A DNA stretch of 62,603 nt, counting the filler, from Stramenopiles sp. TOSAG23-6 (Eukaryota): NCBI GenBank assembly GCA_900128565.1. It is 29 parts of 29 records of this genome, joined end to end, with 100 filler letters (N's around TTAATTAATTAA, not from the genome) between each part and the next. Parts side by side here need not be neighbours in the genome. Positions count along the whole stretch, not along the records: positions 23,915 to 25,977 come from LT638337.1; positions 26,078 to 28,138 come from LT638338.1; positions 28,239 to 30,299 come from LT638339.1; positions 30,400 to 32,458 come from LT638340.1; positions 32,559 to 34,617 come from LT638341.1; positions 34,718 to 36,776 come from LT638342.1; positions 36,877 to 38,934 come from LT638343.1; 22 more parts are not named here. One strand, 5' to 3'. Below are positions 23,915 through 36,919 of the stretch, one piece after another (position 1 is the first letter of the stretch; each line of letters begins with the position of its first letter). Both the position numbers and the translations under genes were made by a program. Below the pieces are notes generated by a model. It was not told the DNA's origin. It did not search any database and saw only the letters and a list, made by a program, of their open reading frames with translations.

Positions 23915-24790
23915 GAAACTTTTAATATCTGTATTAGAATCGAGACCATCTGTTTCGGAAGCAGTTTTAGATTTCGTCAGTTCAAATGATGTTCTTGGAA
24001 TCGTCCCAGATGTAAAAAATGATGTATCACCAATGGCAGGAGATGGATCTTCAACTCGGTTGACACCAGATAATATCTCCAAAGGCAAACGTGTATCAAA
24101 CACATTAATGAAAATGAAACGAGTTTTTCCAAAGACTATAATTGGGTTCATTCTTAGAAGATTAGTTCCTGTGAAAGAGTCAATAATGGCGATAGACGAC
24201 ACTAGTGTCTTCGAAGATGATGAATATGAAAAAAGACAAAAATGTCAGAAACGCGTTAATCATATGTTTGCGTTATTGTGTAACCAAACAGATGCAATAC
24301 GTTCACGAATTTTCAATGAACTCGTAGTATATATGAAGATGAAACCAAAGTACTGGACACTTGTACCACATCCACTGAAAAGTTCCATGCATGGGCAAAT
24401 CTTATTACACTTTTAATATTTTCATCTATAGGCGACGCGTCTAACAGAGGTGCTTCGCGTATAAATGCAAGTATTGCCCGACAACTGTGGAATTGTGGGA
24501 TGCCTGGAGCCTTATTCCAAGCTTTATTACATACCAACGTTCACGAAGTTGGGGCAATGCAAGCAACCACTGCAATACTTAAAGCAATTGCTCATCTTAC
24601 TCAAACGAATGTAGTGGGCGAAGTTGCGACCTATAATCTTAAAAACAAAAAACAGGACGAAAAAAAAGATCAGGACAAAAAAAAGGACGACCCTATGTAC
24701 ATAGATAGTTCTGATGGTTTTTGGCCTTCTTTTGACGCTGACTCATTAGACGATTTGAGTGATTCTTCTTCTGATAGTTTGGAATCTGAT
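23915..24790 (+). CDS. Internal fragment of a HUWE1/Tom1/UPL1-like E3 ligase (inverted relative to its 5' end; frameshift near 24330)
   Basis: IARQLWNCGMPGALFQAL...TAILKAIAHLTQT followed by an acidic tract resembles the pre-acidic region of Tom1/HUWE1. Confidence 0.5.
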
Positions 24791-24829
24791 GTATGTTGTT
24801 GTTGTGACATATTCGTCTCGTTATCCCAC

Positions 24830-25775
24830 CGATAAAACTCAAAGTACAAAGCACAATTTTCAGCGACAACACCACCACCAGTAGAACTACACGTTCCACT
24901 GATACTTCTATGAAGAGGGCGATACGAAACTGTACGAGTTCCAGTAAAGTTGGAACGCTTTTCATCCTTTTCATCTTTTGACGGACTTTTCGAACATTTT
25001 TCATCTTTTGACTTTGTAGGTTTTTCACCATTTCCATCTTGCAGCACACCAATACTAGAATTATTCACAGAACTACTATTTTGATCATCACACTGCATTA
25101 AATGAAATAATTTGGATATTAAAAATTTATGACCGTGAGCGTTTGTGTCGCGAACAACTCTATCATGAGGATCTCTGTGTGTTGGGTATGGTCTCAATAG
25201 TGCATCAACAACACCAAGAGCTTCATCCACAACTTTATCATCAACAGCACTTAGCAAAGCAGCTAAGTGTTCGACAGAGTTATAAATATGGTTGTTGCGG
25301 CAATTGATAACGAGAAGTCGAGAAAAGCGAAGAATTTCCAATACAATTGGAAGCGTCACAGTAGGGTATCCAGCTTCTGCAGGAGTAGAAGCGACTGGTA
25401 TGTTTTTAGAAGCCAGACAAGCAGGTACAAGGCGACCAGCAGTGGCATGCTTTTCCAGAATAGTGTCGAATTTATTCAGTACGTTAACCCAAGTGAAAAG
25501 GTCGCCTCTATCAGCGAAGGGCCATATATCTATTCTACGAAGAAGCTTGACAAGTTTCTCACCTTCAGCATCCATAATTTTAGCTGCAAATGATGCATGA
25601 TCCTCTGGCTGTAATGTGAAATGATGGTAAAATATTGAAAATAAGATAAACATATGAACACATAGATTAGAAGACAATAAAAAAGACTTAAACGGGAAAC
25701 TGAACGTACCTTACTGAGCTCAGGTGTCGGTTGATCAGCTGTAGTTGGACCTAAGTCCTTACTTAACTTGACCAT
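24830..25775 (-). CDS. HUWE1/UPL1/Tom1-like E3 ligase N-terminus (DUF908); intron 25609-25709
   Basis: WPFADRGDLFTWVNVLNKFDTILE and ILRFSRLLVINCRNNHIYNSVEHLAALL. Confidence 0.85.
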
Positions 25776-26164
25776 CTATATATTATTGTGTGCAATCTAA
25801 ACACAACAATATAACAAAGCACTTCTGTGCAACTGCCAAGGTGATTGAAGAATTCTTTTGAAGAGACGAGAGAGAGTCTCCCTCCTTCCTTCTTCGCAAA
25901 CCAACGAAAAACACCTTCAGGACCTGTTGACATCATGTGATCATCACCGGTCACCGTGATACCCGGTACTCGAAATCNNNNNNNNNNNNNNNNNNNNNNN
26001 NNNNNNNNNNNNNNNNNNNNNTTAATTAATTAANNNNNNNNNNNNNNNNNNNNNNNNNNNNNNNNNNNNNNNNNNNNTTTATTTTTTTTCAAATTCGAGT
26101 TTTTTTTTCGTACGAAATTTTGTACCTAACAATTTTTTTTTTCAAATATTTTTCCAAAATACGT

Positions 26165-26835
26165 GTAATTTGGGAATAAATGACAATACCAATGGTGAAG
26201 ATAATGACCCTACAAATTGTGGAAAACTTAATATGGCATCAGCAAGATGGCAGAGTCAAGACAGTGGCTACGGTGCAGGTTTAATGTACGTTTCATATGA
26301 ATTTCTAATCTTTTTTTTTTTTCATATGAAATTTCGTACCTAACGATTTTTTCTTAACTAATTTGTTTTTTCACAATACATGAAAGTTGAACATTCGAGA
26401 GAAACATTCAGATTTGTATCAACGCGTAACAACAATTTCTCTAATCGATCTCAAAAGTGGGTGTTACACATTACGGGGCTTTTGTGGTGGGAAATTGCAC
26501 TTATTGTTTTAGGTGTTGTGGCATTTCTTCTTCTTCTTAATCTTGCATTTATTTATTTCTTGAAAAAAAATGAATATAATGTTTGTCTGGGGTATCAATA
26601 CTTTTGTTGTCCATGCTGTCGGTCTGCTTTAGAAGTAGAAAGTATTGAAGATATCATGGTGATTAATCAACCAAAACCCAAGAAGAAAAGTTCTAGTAAC
26701 TCATCAAAACGAAGTACTCAGAAATCTTCTACAGATTCGAAAACGAAGAAAAAGAAGAAAACAAGAAAATCACAACAGGGTGGTTCATATGACGCTGGTA
26801 AAAGTGTCAAGGAAACTGAGTTAATGCCAATTTAG
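26165..26835 (+). CDS. DD3-3-like membrane protein, 3' part; intron 26286-26381 (GT...AT)
   Basis: CGKLNMAS and STRNNNFSNRSQK, followed by a TM helix. Confidence 0.65.
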
Positions 26836-26955
26836 TGAGAGTATTATGGTGAAAGTGTAAAAGAACATAATTGACGACATTTTAAAGAGTGTATTATGTT
26901 TATAGTGTTTTACCAAATTATAAAAAATCAGGTCAACTCATCGATAATTAAAATA

Positions 26956-28087
26956 TCATTCAAAGTCATCTTCACCATTACTATAATCAATATCATCATC
27001 CTCATCCAACACTAAAAGTTCATCTTCATCTAAGTCAACAAACCAATCATCAGCATCATCATCTACAACTTCATTTTTATTCGTAGTATTTTCCTCAGAA
27101 ATTGGATTACAGTCTTCAGCAGTGCATTCTTTTTCTTCATCAACAACAACAGCTTCAGGATAATACTGTGACATTTCTTCGTCAATTTCATCTCTTTTTT
27201 TTCTTTCTCTTTCTTTTTGGTCCTCTTGTTTTTGGGATTTTCTAGATTTCGTACTAGTTTGCCTTTTAGATGCTGTCTTGCGAGATTTCTCCTTCTCACG
27301 TTTTCGTTGCCGTTCAAGGCGTTTTTTTTTCATTTCTTTATTTTTTTCCTCTGTTTTTTTTCGACGTTCTTTTTTGACATCCTCTTTTTTTTTCTTGGAT
27401 TGTTTCAATTTTGGATTCTGAGTGAGATAAGAAAATTTCACATTTTGTTGAATTACGCCCGATACAAGATCATTCAACGCATTCACATTAAAACCACTAC
27501 GAAGAGGCACCACTCCAAGTTTTGGAAGTGTCACACTTATTATTGGATGGAGTTGCTCCAACTTTTTCATAACACTTAAATTCAAAGATTTGCCAAATAC
27601 CTATATTGTGAAAAATTAAAAAAAAATATTGTTAGGTACAAAATTTCGTATGAAAAAAAAAAAGGTAAAAAAAATATGATGAAAACGTACATTATGTGAT
27701 AGTAGGTATGGCGCAGCTGCCTTCCAGGAATAATACTTACCAAAAACATTCACAACATAATTTTCTGGGGTATCCTGTAGTTCTGATATTTCAGATAATG
27801 AATTTGTAAATTGATCAGCGACTAACCGATGTTCTTTGAAAATGTTTTGAGCTTCAATTGGACTCATTCCAGCAACCATATGCTTTCCACATTTTGAAAT
27901 AGAGAAGCCTCCTTTAAATACAGAATCTGGCACCGGTTTAAAACCCGCTTCACGACTTTCAGAGTTTGAAAGGGTTTTCAAGAGAACAGCTTGAGGTTGA
28001 AGTTTATCATTCAAGGTGTCGAGTTGCGGCTTGGGCAGCCTACTTGATAATGAAAATTCGACATCTTCAAGATTTGCAACAACAACA
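26956..28087 (-). CDS. Hypothetical protein, 3' part, basic then acidic tail; intron 27601-27690
   Basis: Removing a family intron joins the two ORFs in frame (SHN|VFGKSL). Confidence 0.6.
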
Positions 28088-28238
28088 TGTATTGTAAAAA
28101 AAATTAAATTCGAAATTTGTTAGGTACAAAATTTCGTANNNNNNNNNNNNNNNNNNNNNNNNNNNNNNNNNNNNNNNNNNNNTTAATTAATTAANNNNNN
28201 NNNNNNNNNNNNNNNNNNNNNNNNNNNNNNNNNNNNNN

Positions 28239-28964
28239 CATGACCATGCCAAACCCATCCATACAATGTGAAAAAATATATTTTTTTTTGTTTGTTTGAG
28301 ATGAATGATGAAACGTACATCATCTGATATTTCAACAACAGGATATTTCGTGTTTCGTAAAGCGGCACATGCACCAAGGAAAACCGCATCTCGAATATTT
28401 CCCGCCATACTTAGGATTTCAACATCAACATGAATTTTAAAAAAAATATTGAAAAAAAAAATCTAAAAAAAATTGTTAGGTACAAAATTTCGTACGAAAA
28501 AATAAATTCGAAATTCATGATGAAACACGTACGTGTAAAATCCAACATCGTTTACCAGGTACAATACACAAACTTTCAAGACAGTTGTCAACTGCTGCCG
28601 TACGCATAAATGCTTGTTGTAAAGATTTTGTAAGTTCTGCGGTCAATTCATTGATTTCGCGAACTGTTGTACCAAAAACACCATCACTAGCGAGAGGAAG
28701 GCAATGAACGTTCACAACAATTTGTCCATTTTTGGCATTATCTTGAGACGGAACACCAATGGACGCCTTGACAGCAGCGACTACATCTGTCGCACCGATT
28801 TGTCCACGGAATGTAACACGAGCTGATCCATTAGCTTGTGGTAATAATCCTGTATCTATCGCAATGTCTCGAAAATCTAAACGACTCCGTCCGTCAGCAC
28901 GTATACCTTGTTCAATTCCGTGTACTAAAAACCCTGATTCTCCGTTTGACATTGCATATGGCAT
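28239..28964 (-). CDS. RRP42: Exosome complex component RRP42/EXOSC7, 5' part; introns 28430-28532 and 28261-28318
   Basis: GIRADGRSRLDFR, PQANGSARV, LCIVPGKRCWILHVDVEIL..GNIRDA...AALRNTKYP. Confidence 0.9.
28430..28532 (-). mobile_element. Introner-family intron, GT...AT (103 nt)
   Basis: TTA CAC|GTACGT...AAAATTCAT|GTT GAT gives CWILHVDV (cf. CWVLYVDV). Confidence 0.85.
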
Positions 28965-29404
28965 TTCTATTCGTGTAGTGTACAAGTTGAGGCTATACTC
29001 TATATCACAATGTATGTGTAATGTGTATACAATGTATACTGTAGGGTTCAACGGCTTCTATGCGTTGTACTCCACGTTACAATAGTATAGGTCTGCTTTG
29101 TAGTAGAAAAAGTTGTACTATTTGCTGTTGATGCTTTTGTAAAAAATGTTCAGTGCGGAGAGAAAGTTGAGAAAGTTTTCATTTTTTGGAACAAACCTGT
29201 TTTACCATACAATATTTTTTTTTGATGAAGAATTTTCAAAATAAAAGAATACCAAACCATTCTCACCTCTCTCTTCTCTCTCTGAAAAATAACCAAACGA
29301 TCATCAGATCTCTTTTATAGTAACACAATGCGATATATCAATTGTCATATATCGTATCTCGCTATACTATTCTATTTCTACTTCACTTTATGTAGTATAG
29401 ATTG

Positions 29405-30119
29405 GATGTGTACACTCGCCATACAACAACAACAACAACAACAACACAAAGTAAGCAAAGAAATAGTAATTGGGAAAAGCACAACAAAATTAACGACAAA
29501 ACGTTCTCCCCCTACTACTACATCTCCACAAACACAAACACATCCAACACTTCAAAATACACAAAAACAACACAAAACACTATATAATACACAACTTGTA
29601 GAACAACTGGTCAAACATAGACACTTACTTAATAATACTTGGTTAACTGTCTTGAAAGAAGAAGCAAAGAAAAGAAGAGCAAGAGTTCAACATGACGTTC
29701 AATTACATCATCGCAGCCTGACCACAACTACTAATAGTAGTAGAACAATAATGTCATCAAAAGCAGATCCAAGTCCAACGCATGGACATGTCATGAACCA
29801 ACTAAAACACGAAACTAATATAGTAGAAGAAAATGTACTTGATGATTTTCAACGTAAACTCCGAGCTGACATTAAAGAGACTTTATATAATACACATCAA
29901 TCCATTACGATGACTGACAAATCGTTAGGTACAAAATTTCGTACGAAAACCGAAAAAAAAAAATTTCAAAAAAAAAAAAAAAAAATGGATTTCAAATTTA
30001 AATCAATTCAACATACAAATGAGAAAAAAGACAAGTTTTTGTCTTATTTACCAGGACATGATTGCCTTGTCTGTGAAGATGTGGCACAAACCTGGCGTGA
30101 GACCTTTCCCTGTTTAGGC
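29405..30119 (+). CDS. Hypothetical protein (start uncertain) containing an antisense introner copy
   Basis: Open frame to DCLVCEDVAQTWRETFPCLG, then a family intron from 30120. Confidence 0.45.
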
Positions 30120-30399
30120 GTGCGTTCTTTTTTTATATCAAATATTTCAAAAATTGTAAAAAAACAGAATTTCGTAGATAATTTTGTAACTAACGATTTT
30201 TTTTTCAATTTTTTTTTTTTTTTTTTTTTTTTAATTTTTTTTTTTGTACGAAATTTTTTACCTAAAAAAAAAAAAATTTTTTTTTTTTTAAATATTTTTN
30301 NNNNNNNNNNNNNNNNNNNNNNNNNNNNNNNNNNNNNNNNNNNTTAATTAATTAANNNNNNNNNNNNNNNNNNNNNNNNNNNNNNNNNNNNNNNNNNNN

Positions 30400-32370
30400 T
30401 TGAAGTAATTGAATTGTCCCGTTCAATACACATATTAGATTTGAGTCAAACATTTATAAACAGATTGTCCACAGGGCAAAAACCAAAACAACCATATGCG
30501 CCTTGTGAACCCATACGGGAATTTATTAACATATTTAGACGGTGGATTGGGCATGCAGCTTTCGCCCACTTGGGTGGTAGTAGTCATACGGGATCTGCTT
30601 CAGGTAGTACAGATGGTACAGATGGTACAGATGCTGGTGGTAGTACACTACCACAAAAAACAGAGCAACCACAGGAATCTGGTGATTCCGGTAGTACAGA
30701 TGGTGGTAGTACAGATGGTGGTAGTAAAGATGGTGGTAGTGATGATTCCGGTAGTACAGATGGCGGCGGCAAGATAGGAGCTAGTATAAGAGCTAATGCC
30801 AAACACGGGTATCCTGATCAAATTCAAGTTTTACTTTTACCAAGCACAATTGTATATTTCGATTATCGCAACTTTTTTAAGATCAAATATCTGGATTTCC
30901 GGAATACGAATTATTCATTTGGCGAAGAAAAAAAATATTCGACCACTTCTGAAGACGATGTTGATGATGGTGATGGTGTTGATGATGGTGATCAGGTCGT
31001 GGCATTAAAAAACACAGATATGTTAGCTTCAATAGGTGTACATTTTCCATACACTACAACTGAAAAAATAGATTCCATATATATTTCAAAACATCTTCAA
31101 TTTATAGACCTAACTGGTTACCAAAACGACGAAACGTCTACAATTACACTTAAAATTAAAGGAAGAAACCCCGACTCTACCCTCGAGTTGTTCTTGGGAC
31201 CAGTCTTGGAACATGAAGAAGAGCCAGATATAAACGTAATCAAACGTTTGGATTGCTCTAATCCTGAATCAGACAGCTATGGAAAAATTAAAATATGTCG
31301 AAAATGCCCATCGAATGCAAAATGTATACATTATGAAATCCCCGATACCAAAATAAAGTGTACAGATGAAAGTTCCAAAACAATGGAAACAAATTGTGAG
31401 GAAAGCCTTCGCGGTCTTAATAAAGATGAATCTCAATGCAAGTGTAATTCAAATTATGAACATTTTGATGATGATACATTGAGTTGTGAACTAAATGAGA
31501 AATGTGGTAAAAACAAATCAGGCTTACAGTGTACAGGAAATACGAAAATAATTAAAGAGAATTTCTGTGAAGGAGAATCATGTGAAGAAAANGATTTTGC
31601 GGAAAAGACTGGCAAGTGTTGTGGAACAATTGAATCCTGTGATATACAATATCATTTCTCTAATTGCACTCATATGAGTTTTGAATTTGGAACGCAAACT
31701 ATGGATTTCGGTCAAAATTGCCCGCGACTAAGTTGTACTCAAATTATAAATGGCAGTAGTTTTAGTACTCAACAAAATTACGGTGTAATTGGGTTTCAAC
31801 TATCCTTGGTTAACGATTATGAAGAATGGAAGAATTGGAAAAAAGAATCAGAAGAATGGAAAAGATATAAAGAAGAATTACAACTAGTAGAATCAGACGT
31901 AGTAGACCCACACCTAGAATATTGGATAGTACAAGACTTCATGACTAAATTTAACAAATTAGCAAAAAGTACTTACCGCTTGAAAAGTTTGAGTGATACT
32001 TTTTTACCTACATACGGAACTACTAGTAGACTCACAGATGACATGTATTGGTTAGATAGTGTCCTTGCTGCATTCCGCGGATTTGAAAAGATAAGTATGT
32101 TACTTAATAGTGATAATGAAGAACCTAAAAAAAATGAAAATCAAGATATTCGTACGCAAGCGCAATATCTTGCAGATACAAAAGTTCATACAAAATATAC
32201 AGTAGTATACGATACTGGATTTGATCTTATAAGGGAGCATCTATGTTACACCAAAGAAAATCAAGATCAATCTAGTATGCATTGTTGTGGGGCTTTCAAG
32301 TATACTTTAAATGCTTTGAAAAATGTTGTGGACACTGGTTGCAGAGTGATTGTTCTTGCAATAACTAAAA
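30400..32370 (+). CDS. Large Cys-rich putative surface protein, internal part; GSTDG repeats
   Basis: Open frame of >650 codons with EGF-like Cys spacing. It ends at a GC-type family donor at 32371. Confidence 0.65.
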
Positions 32371-32664
32371 GCATGTTCGTTTTATTTTTTTCAAATTCGA
32401 TGTTTTTTTTTTCGTACGAAATTTCGTACCTAACAAATTTAAGTTTTTTTTTTTTGAANNNNNNNNNNNNNNNNNNNNNNNNNNNNNNNNNNNNNNNNNN
32501 NNTTAATTAATTAANNNNNNNNNNNNNNNNNNNNNNNNNNNNNNNNNNNNNNNNNNNNATTTTGGAAAAATATTTGAAAAAAAAAATTTGAAAATTTGTT
32601 AGGTACAAAATTTACTATAAAAAAAAAAATTCGATTTTTTTGTTAAAAAAAAAATAAAACATAC

Positions 32665-33519
32665 ATTGTCATCACACGAAATTGTTTTGGCATTGACTCT
32701 GTGGCTAATGAAGTGATTACAGGCATGTATTGTGAAAAAATATGAATTGTAGCAAAAAAAAAACAAATCGTTAGGTACGAAATTTTCAAAAAAAAAAAAA
32801 AATTTGAAAGTGAAACAAATAAAACATGCATGTATTGTGAAATTTTTTTTTTTTTTTTTTTTTTTAGAGAAAAAAAAAATTTTTAGGAAAAAAATTTAAT
32901 TTCGTACGAAAAAAACAAAAAATCAAATTCAAAATTCAAAAAAAATAAAACATACATGAACCCTCCAATCATTACTCCACAACCTGCGCGACTTACTAAT
33001 AAAAAAGGAAAAGAAGTTGAAAATGTTGATAAAGTTCCTAGGAGTAAGAGTAACGCCATCGTAACAATTATAACTGGTTTTCTTCCATGGAGGTCAGCTA
33101 AACAACCAACAGAAAAGGCACCTAAAAAGAAACCTAGAAATACTGACGTATTGTGAAAAAATATTTCAAAAAAAAAATTTGAAAATTTGTTAGGTACAAA
33201 ATTTCGTACGAAAAAAAAAATAAAATTAAAATTTTGAAATTCCAAACGTACACGACCCAAGAAGACCTTCATTTGTTGCATCGAGATCCCATTTGCGACG
33301 TATTTGTGGAGTGATTAGTGCAATGACAAGAATTTCTTGGCCAAAACAAAGTGCAGTAAAAAGTGTCACAAAAATCATTGGTATGTGAAATGAGCTTTTT
33401 AAAACATCGCATCCGTCTAAAACATTTAGACGTCGACGCACAATATCCAGATTTGTTTTGTTTTTGAAGTTTTTGAGGTTTTTGAGGTTTTTACCGTTTT
33501 TGATCTTATCCTCATTCAT
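32665..33519 (-). CDS. MFS transporter (SVOP/SV2-related), 5' part; exons 33519-33252, 33145-32956, 32724-32665
   Basis: GLLGSSVFLGFFLGAFSVGCLADLHGRK (MFS motif A), SRAGCGVMIGGFMPV...ESMPKQFR. Confidence 0.9.
32725..32955 (-). mobile_element. Two tandem introner copies (32955-32830 GT...AT and 32829-32725 GC...AT) with no exon between
   Basis: TTC AT|GTATGT...CAATACAT|GCATGT...CAATACAT|G CCT gives GGFMPV. Confidence 0.8.
33146..33251 (-). mobile_element. Introner-family intron, GT...GT (106 nt)
   Basis: GGG TCG T|GTACGT...CACAATACGT|CA GTA TTT gives LGSSVF. Confidence 0.8.
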
Positions 33520-34201
33520 TTTTTTGAAGAATATTTGATTAATAGTTATATAATATCATACAGCTATTAGTAAAAAGGCAGTACAATCACTTGGAACTTC
33601 TACACGTCTGTCTCTTGTACCCGTGATATATTTTTTTTAGAATTTTCAAATTTAAATTATATTTTCCCTCCGCGCTCCTATACTTTCGTAGGCCTTCGGA
33701 GATTTTTTTCTCCAATAAAAACGAACAAACCTGTTTTGTTGCTCTTTCTCCCTCCTCCTCCAAGGTTTTCTATAACCTTGCCTCCTCTCTTGCTCTCTCG
33801 TATTGATTATTCAATATTGATATCATGTCGACTCTGCGGATAGTCTTATTTATACTAGTAATGCCGTAGTAATGTTTATTTTATTTCTTCTGATAATATC
33901 ATTGCATCTATATAGAACTTTTAGTAGAAACAATTGCATTGGAAAAAAGATACAACAAATTGTGATGTGGAAAGGGCGGAAAGTGCGTGTCAAGAAAGCG
34001 AACCTTTCCCTGAGTCTTGGTCATGGTGGAAACACGAGATTCTTTCCGAAGCGTATATTTTATTACCCAAAGTTTCTTTCTGATTGGATAAGCATTGAAA
34101 CATCATATAATAAAGTATAATTACTCATTATAATCAAAAAAATTTTATATTTAATCTTCCTCGACTCAATATTGCAATAAAAAGAACAAATTTTCCGTGT
34201 G

Positions 34202-34617
34202 TTAACTTACTGTTTTCGTTGTTACAGAACCATTCGAGTCATCCATGCCACTCATATCCATATCTGCATCAAGTTCAATAGGAGCCGGGCACTTACCTCC
34301 TCGTTTCTCAACTTCTGGATCGCATTTTGGGGTGAAAAATGCAACCTTTTCCGTAGGCCACCATATTCGACGCATGTTCCCTTCCTTTTCAGCTGCAAGC
34401 GCAAAAGCTCGAGTGCTTTTGTATTTTGCTTTTGCGTCATTTAAATAACTCTCCACATCTTGTAGTGTGTCTGCGATTCTTTTATCCTGGGCAATGAGTT
34501 TTTTTCGTGCGGCGCAATCATGTGGGTCAAGGGTTGGCTCCGTCAATATATCACAACGAACCTTGCCTTCATTATAACCTAATGTTTTGACGTTCATTGG
34601 CTCTGGTGGATCTAATT
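34202..34617 (-). CDS. Hypothetical protein, 3' part
   Basis: Open ORF of 131+ aa with normal composition. Confidence 0.55.
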
Positions 34618-34717
34618 NNNNNNNNNNNNNNNNNNNNNNNNNNNNNNNNNNNNNNNNNNNNTTAATTAATTAANNNNNNNNNNNNNNNNNNNNNNNNNNN
34701 NNNNNNNNNNNNNNNNN

Positions 34718-36776
34718 ATCAAATTAGGAAGACTTGATGCAGTTGCAAAACGAAGTGACAATATGTTTTCAGTATATTATGATGTTATTGATGTAGATTT
34801 CAAAGAAGTTAATAAATGAGAGTACTAATTCATGACATTTTTGATACTTTTTGAATATTTTAAGTATTACAATCTCAAATGATGATGAAAGAACAGCCAC
34901 TATATACTATATTTCACAAGATACTTTTTATACAATGAGTGAATGGGTTGATACATAGCTAAAACGAAATAAATTATAAATAAAAGTAAAACATAAAAAA
35001 AAAATTATAAATAAAAGTAAAACATTATTTTCTACAATTTCTACAAAAACATCTCAACAAAAAAAAATTCAAACAAAATGTATCAACAAATATTTCTTTT
35101 ATATATTTGATTATGTTCACAATGAAATTATATATATATGTAAATCATATATAAGTATGAAAGAGCTAATATTTCACTTAGTTGGTCCTAATCTATTGTT
35201 TCTAAAGATAGAAAACAAATATTTTATTCCCACTTAATCTTCCAGACTTCACACCATTGAATTTCATAGATTTCGACNNNNGTTCTTCACCTCTCTTTAC
35301 CTTTGCTTTCAATTTCTTTTTGTTTTCACGAATTTCAGCACGAGACATTTCAGAAATCTTTGGAATACGTTTCTTATCAATCTTGTTACCAAATGCATCA
35401 GTTTCTTCAACATCAACTTCAGCAGCGTGAACTTCAGCAGCATATTTTTCCCACTCTGGATCTCCCTTAACATCGCACCTATTATTTGCAACAACCCAAG
35501 TTTCACGTGTTGTAGCATCAGCGAATTCTTTGTTATGTGTAATCAATACAACACCTCCTTCGAATTCATCGTATGGATGATAATGGTTGGTATCCTCGTG
35601 ATTCATTGGTCCGTCGTGGTTTTGCTAAGATGCTTGCTGCTCTTGATGCACGTCTTGCTGCTGCTGAATCAATGCAACATCGTCCATTAACACGTACCAA
35701 TGTCACTGCTCATCTTAAGTGTGTTGGTTTGGATGAAGAAGAAGCAAATCATTCTCTTCATCCAAACCAACACACTTAAGATGAGCAGTGACATTGGTAC
35801 GTGTTAATGGACGATGTTGCATTGATTCAGCAGCAGCAAGACGTGCATCAAGAGCAGCAAGCATCTTAGCAAAACCACGACGGACCAATGAATCACGAGG
35901 ATACCAACCATTATCATCCATACGATGAATTCGAAGGAGGTGTTGTATTGATTACACATAACAAAGAATTCGCTGATGCTACAACACGTGAAACTTGGGT
36001 TGTTGCAAATAATAGGTGCGATGTTAAGGGAGATCCAGAGTGGGAAAAATATGCTGCTGAAGTTCACGCTGCTGAAGTTGATGTTGAAGAAACTGATGCA
36101 TTTGGTAACAAGATTGATAAGAAACGTATTCCAAAGATTTCTGAAATGTCTCGTGCTGAAATTCGTGAAAACAAAAAGAAATTGAAAGCAAAGGTAAAGA
36201 GAGGTGAAGAACNNNNGTCGAAATCTATGAAATTCAATGGTGTGAAGTCTGGAAGATTAAGTGGGAATAAAATATTTGTTTTCTATCTTTAGAAACAATA
36301 GATTAGGACCAACTAAGTGAAATATTAGCTCTTTCATACTTATATATGATTTACATATATATATAATTTCATTGTGAACATAATCAAATATATAAAAGAA
36401 ATATTTGTTGATACATTTTGTTTGAATTTTTTTTTGTTGAGATGTTTTTGTAGAAATTGTAGAAAATAATGTTTTACTTTTATTTATAATTTTTTTTTTA
36501 TGTTTTACTTTTATTTATAATTTATTTCGTTTTAGCTATGTATCAACCCATTCACTCATTGTATAAAAAGTATCTTGTGAAATATAGTATATAGTGGCTG
36601 TTCTTTCATCATCATTTGAGATTGTAATACTTAAAATATTCAAAAAGTATCAAAAATGTCATGAATTAGTACTCTCATTTATTAACTTCTTTGAAATCTA
36701 CATCAATAACATCATAATATACTGAAAACATATTGTCACTTCGTTTTGCAACTGCATCAAGTCTTCCTAATTTGAT
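34718..36776. repeat. Whole-contig perfect palindrome (fold-back), centre ~35747
   Basis: The left arm is the reverse complement of the right arm, including the N positions. The loop is ~15 nt. Confidence 0.95.
35924..36270 (+). CDS. Elongation factor 3 (eEF3, ABC-F) C-terminal fragment; an upstream fragment lies at 35573-35755; mirrored on the - strand
   Basis: EFEGGVVLITHNKEF..TRETWVV, EETDAFGNKI and a basic tail. The upstream piece reads W.PRDSLVRRGFAKML...RPLTRTNVTAHLKCVGL. Confidence 0.8.
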
Positions 36777-36919
36777 NNNNNNNNNNNNNNNNNNNNNNNN
36801 NNNNNNNNNNNNNNNNNNNNTTAATTAATTAANNNNNNNNNNNNNNNNNNNNNNNNNNNNNNNNNNNNNNNNNNNNAAAAAAAAAAAAAAAAAAAAATCA
36901 TAATAATAGAAACAACGTA

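Noticed and set aside
24300-24420. Alternative genetic code or stop readthrough as the explanation for broken ORFs
   Set aside because: The breaks resolve as family introns or frame shifts. Intact genes use the standard code with no in-frame stops at conserved positions.
23915-25977. Overlapping convergent genes
   Set aside because: Both strands resemble parts of one HUWE1/Tom1-like gene, so an inversion chimera near 24800-24830 is simpler.
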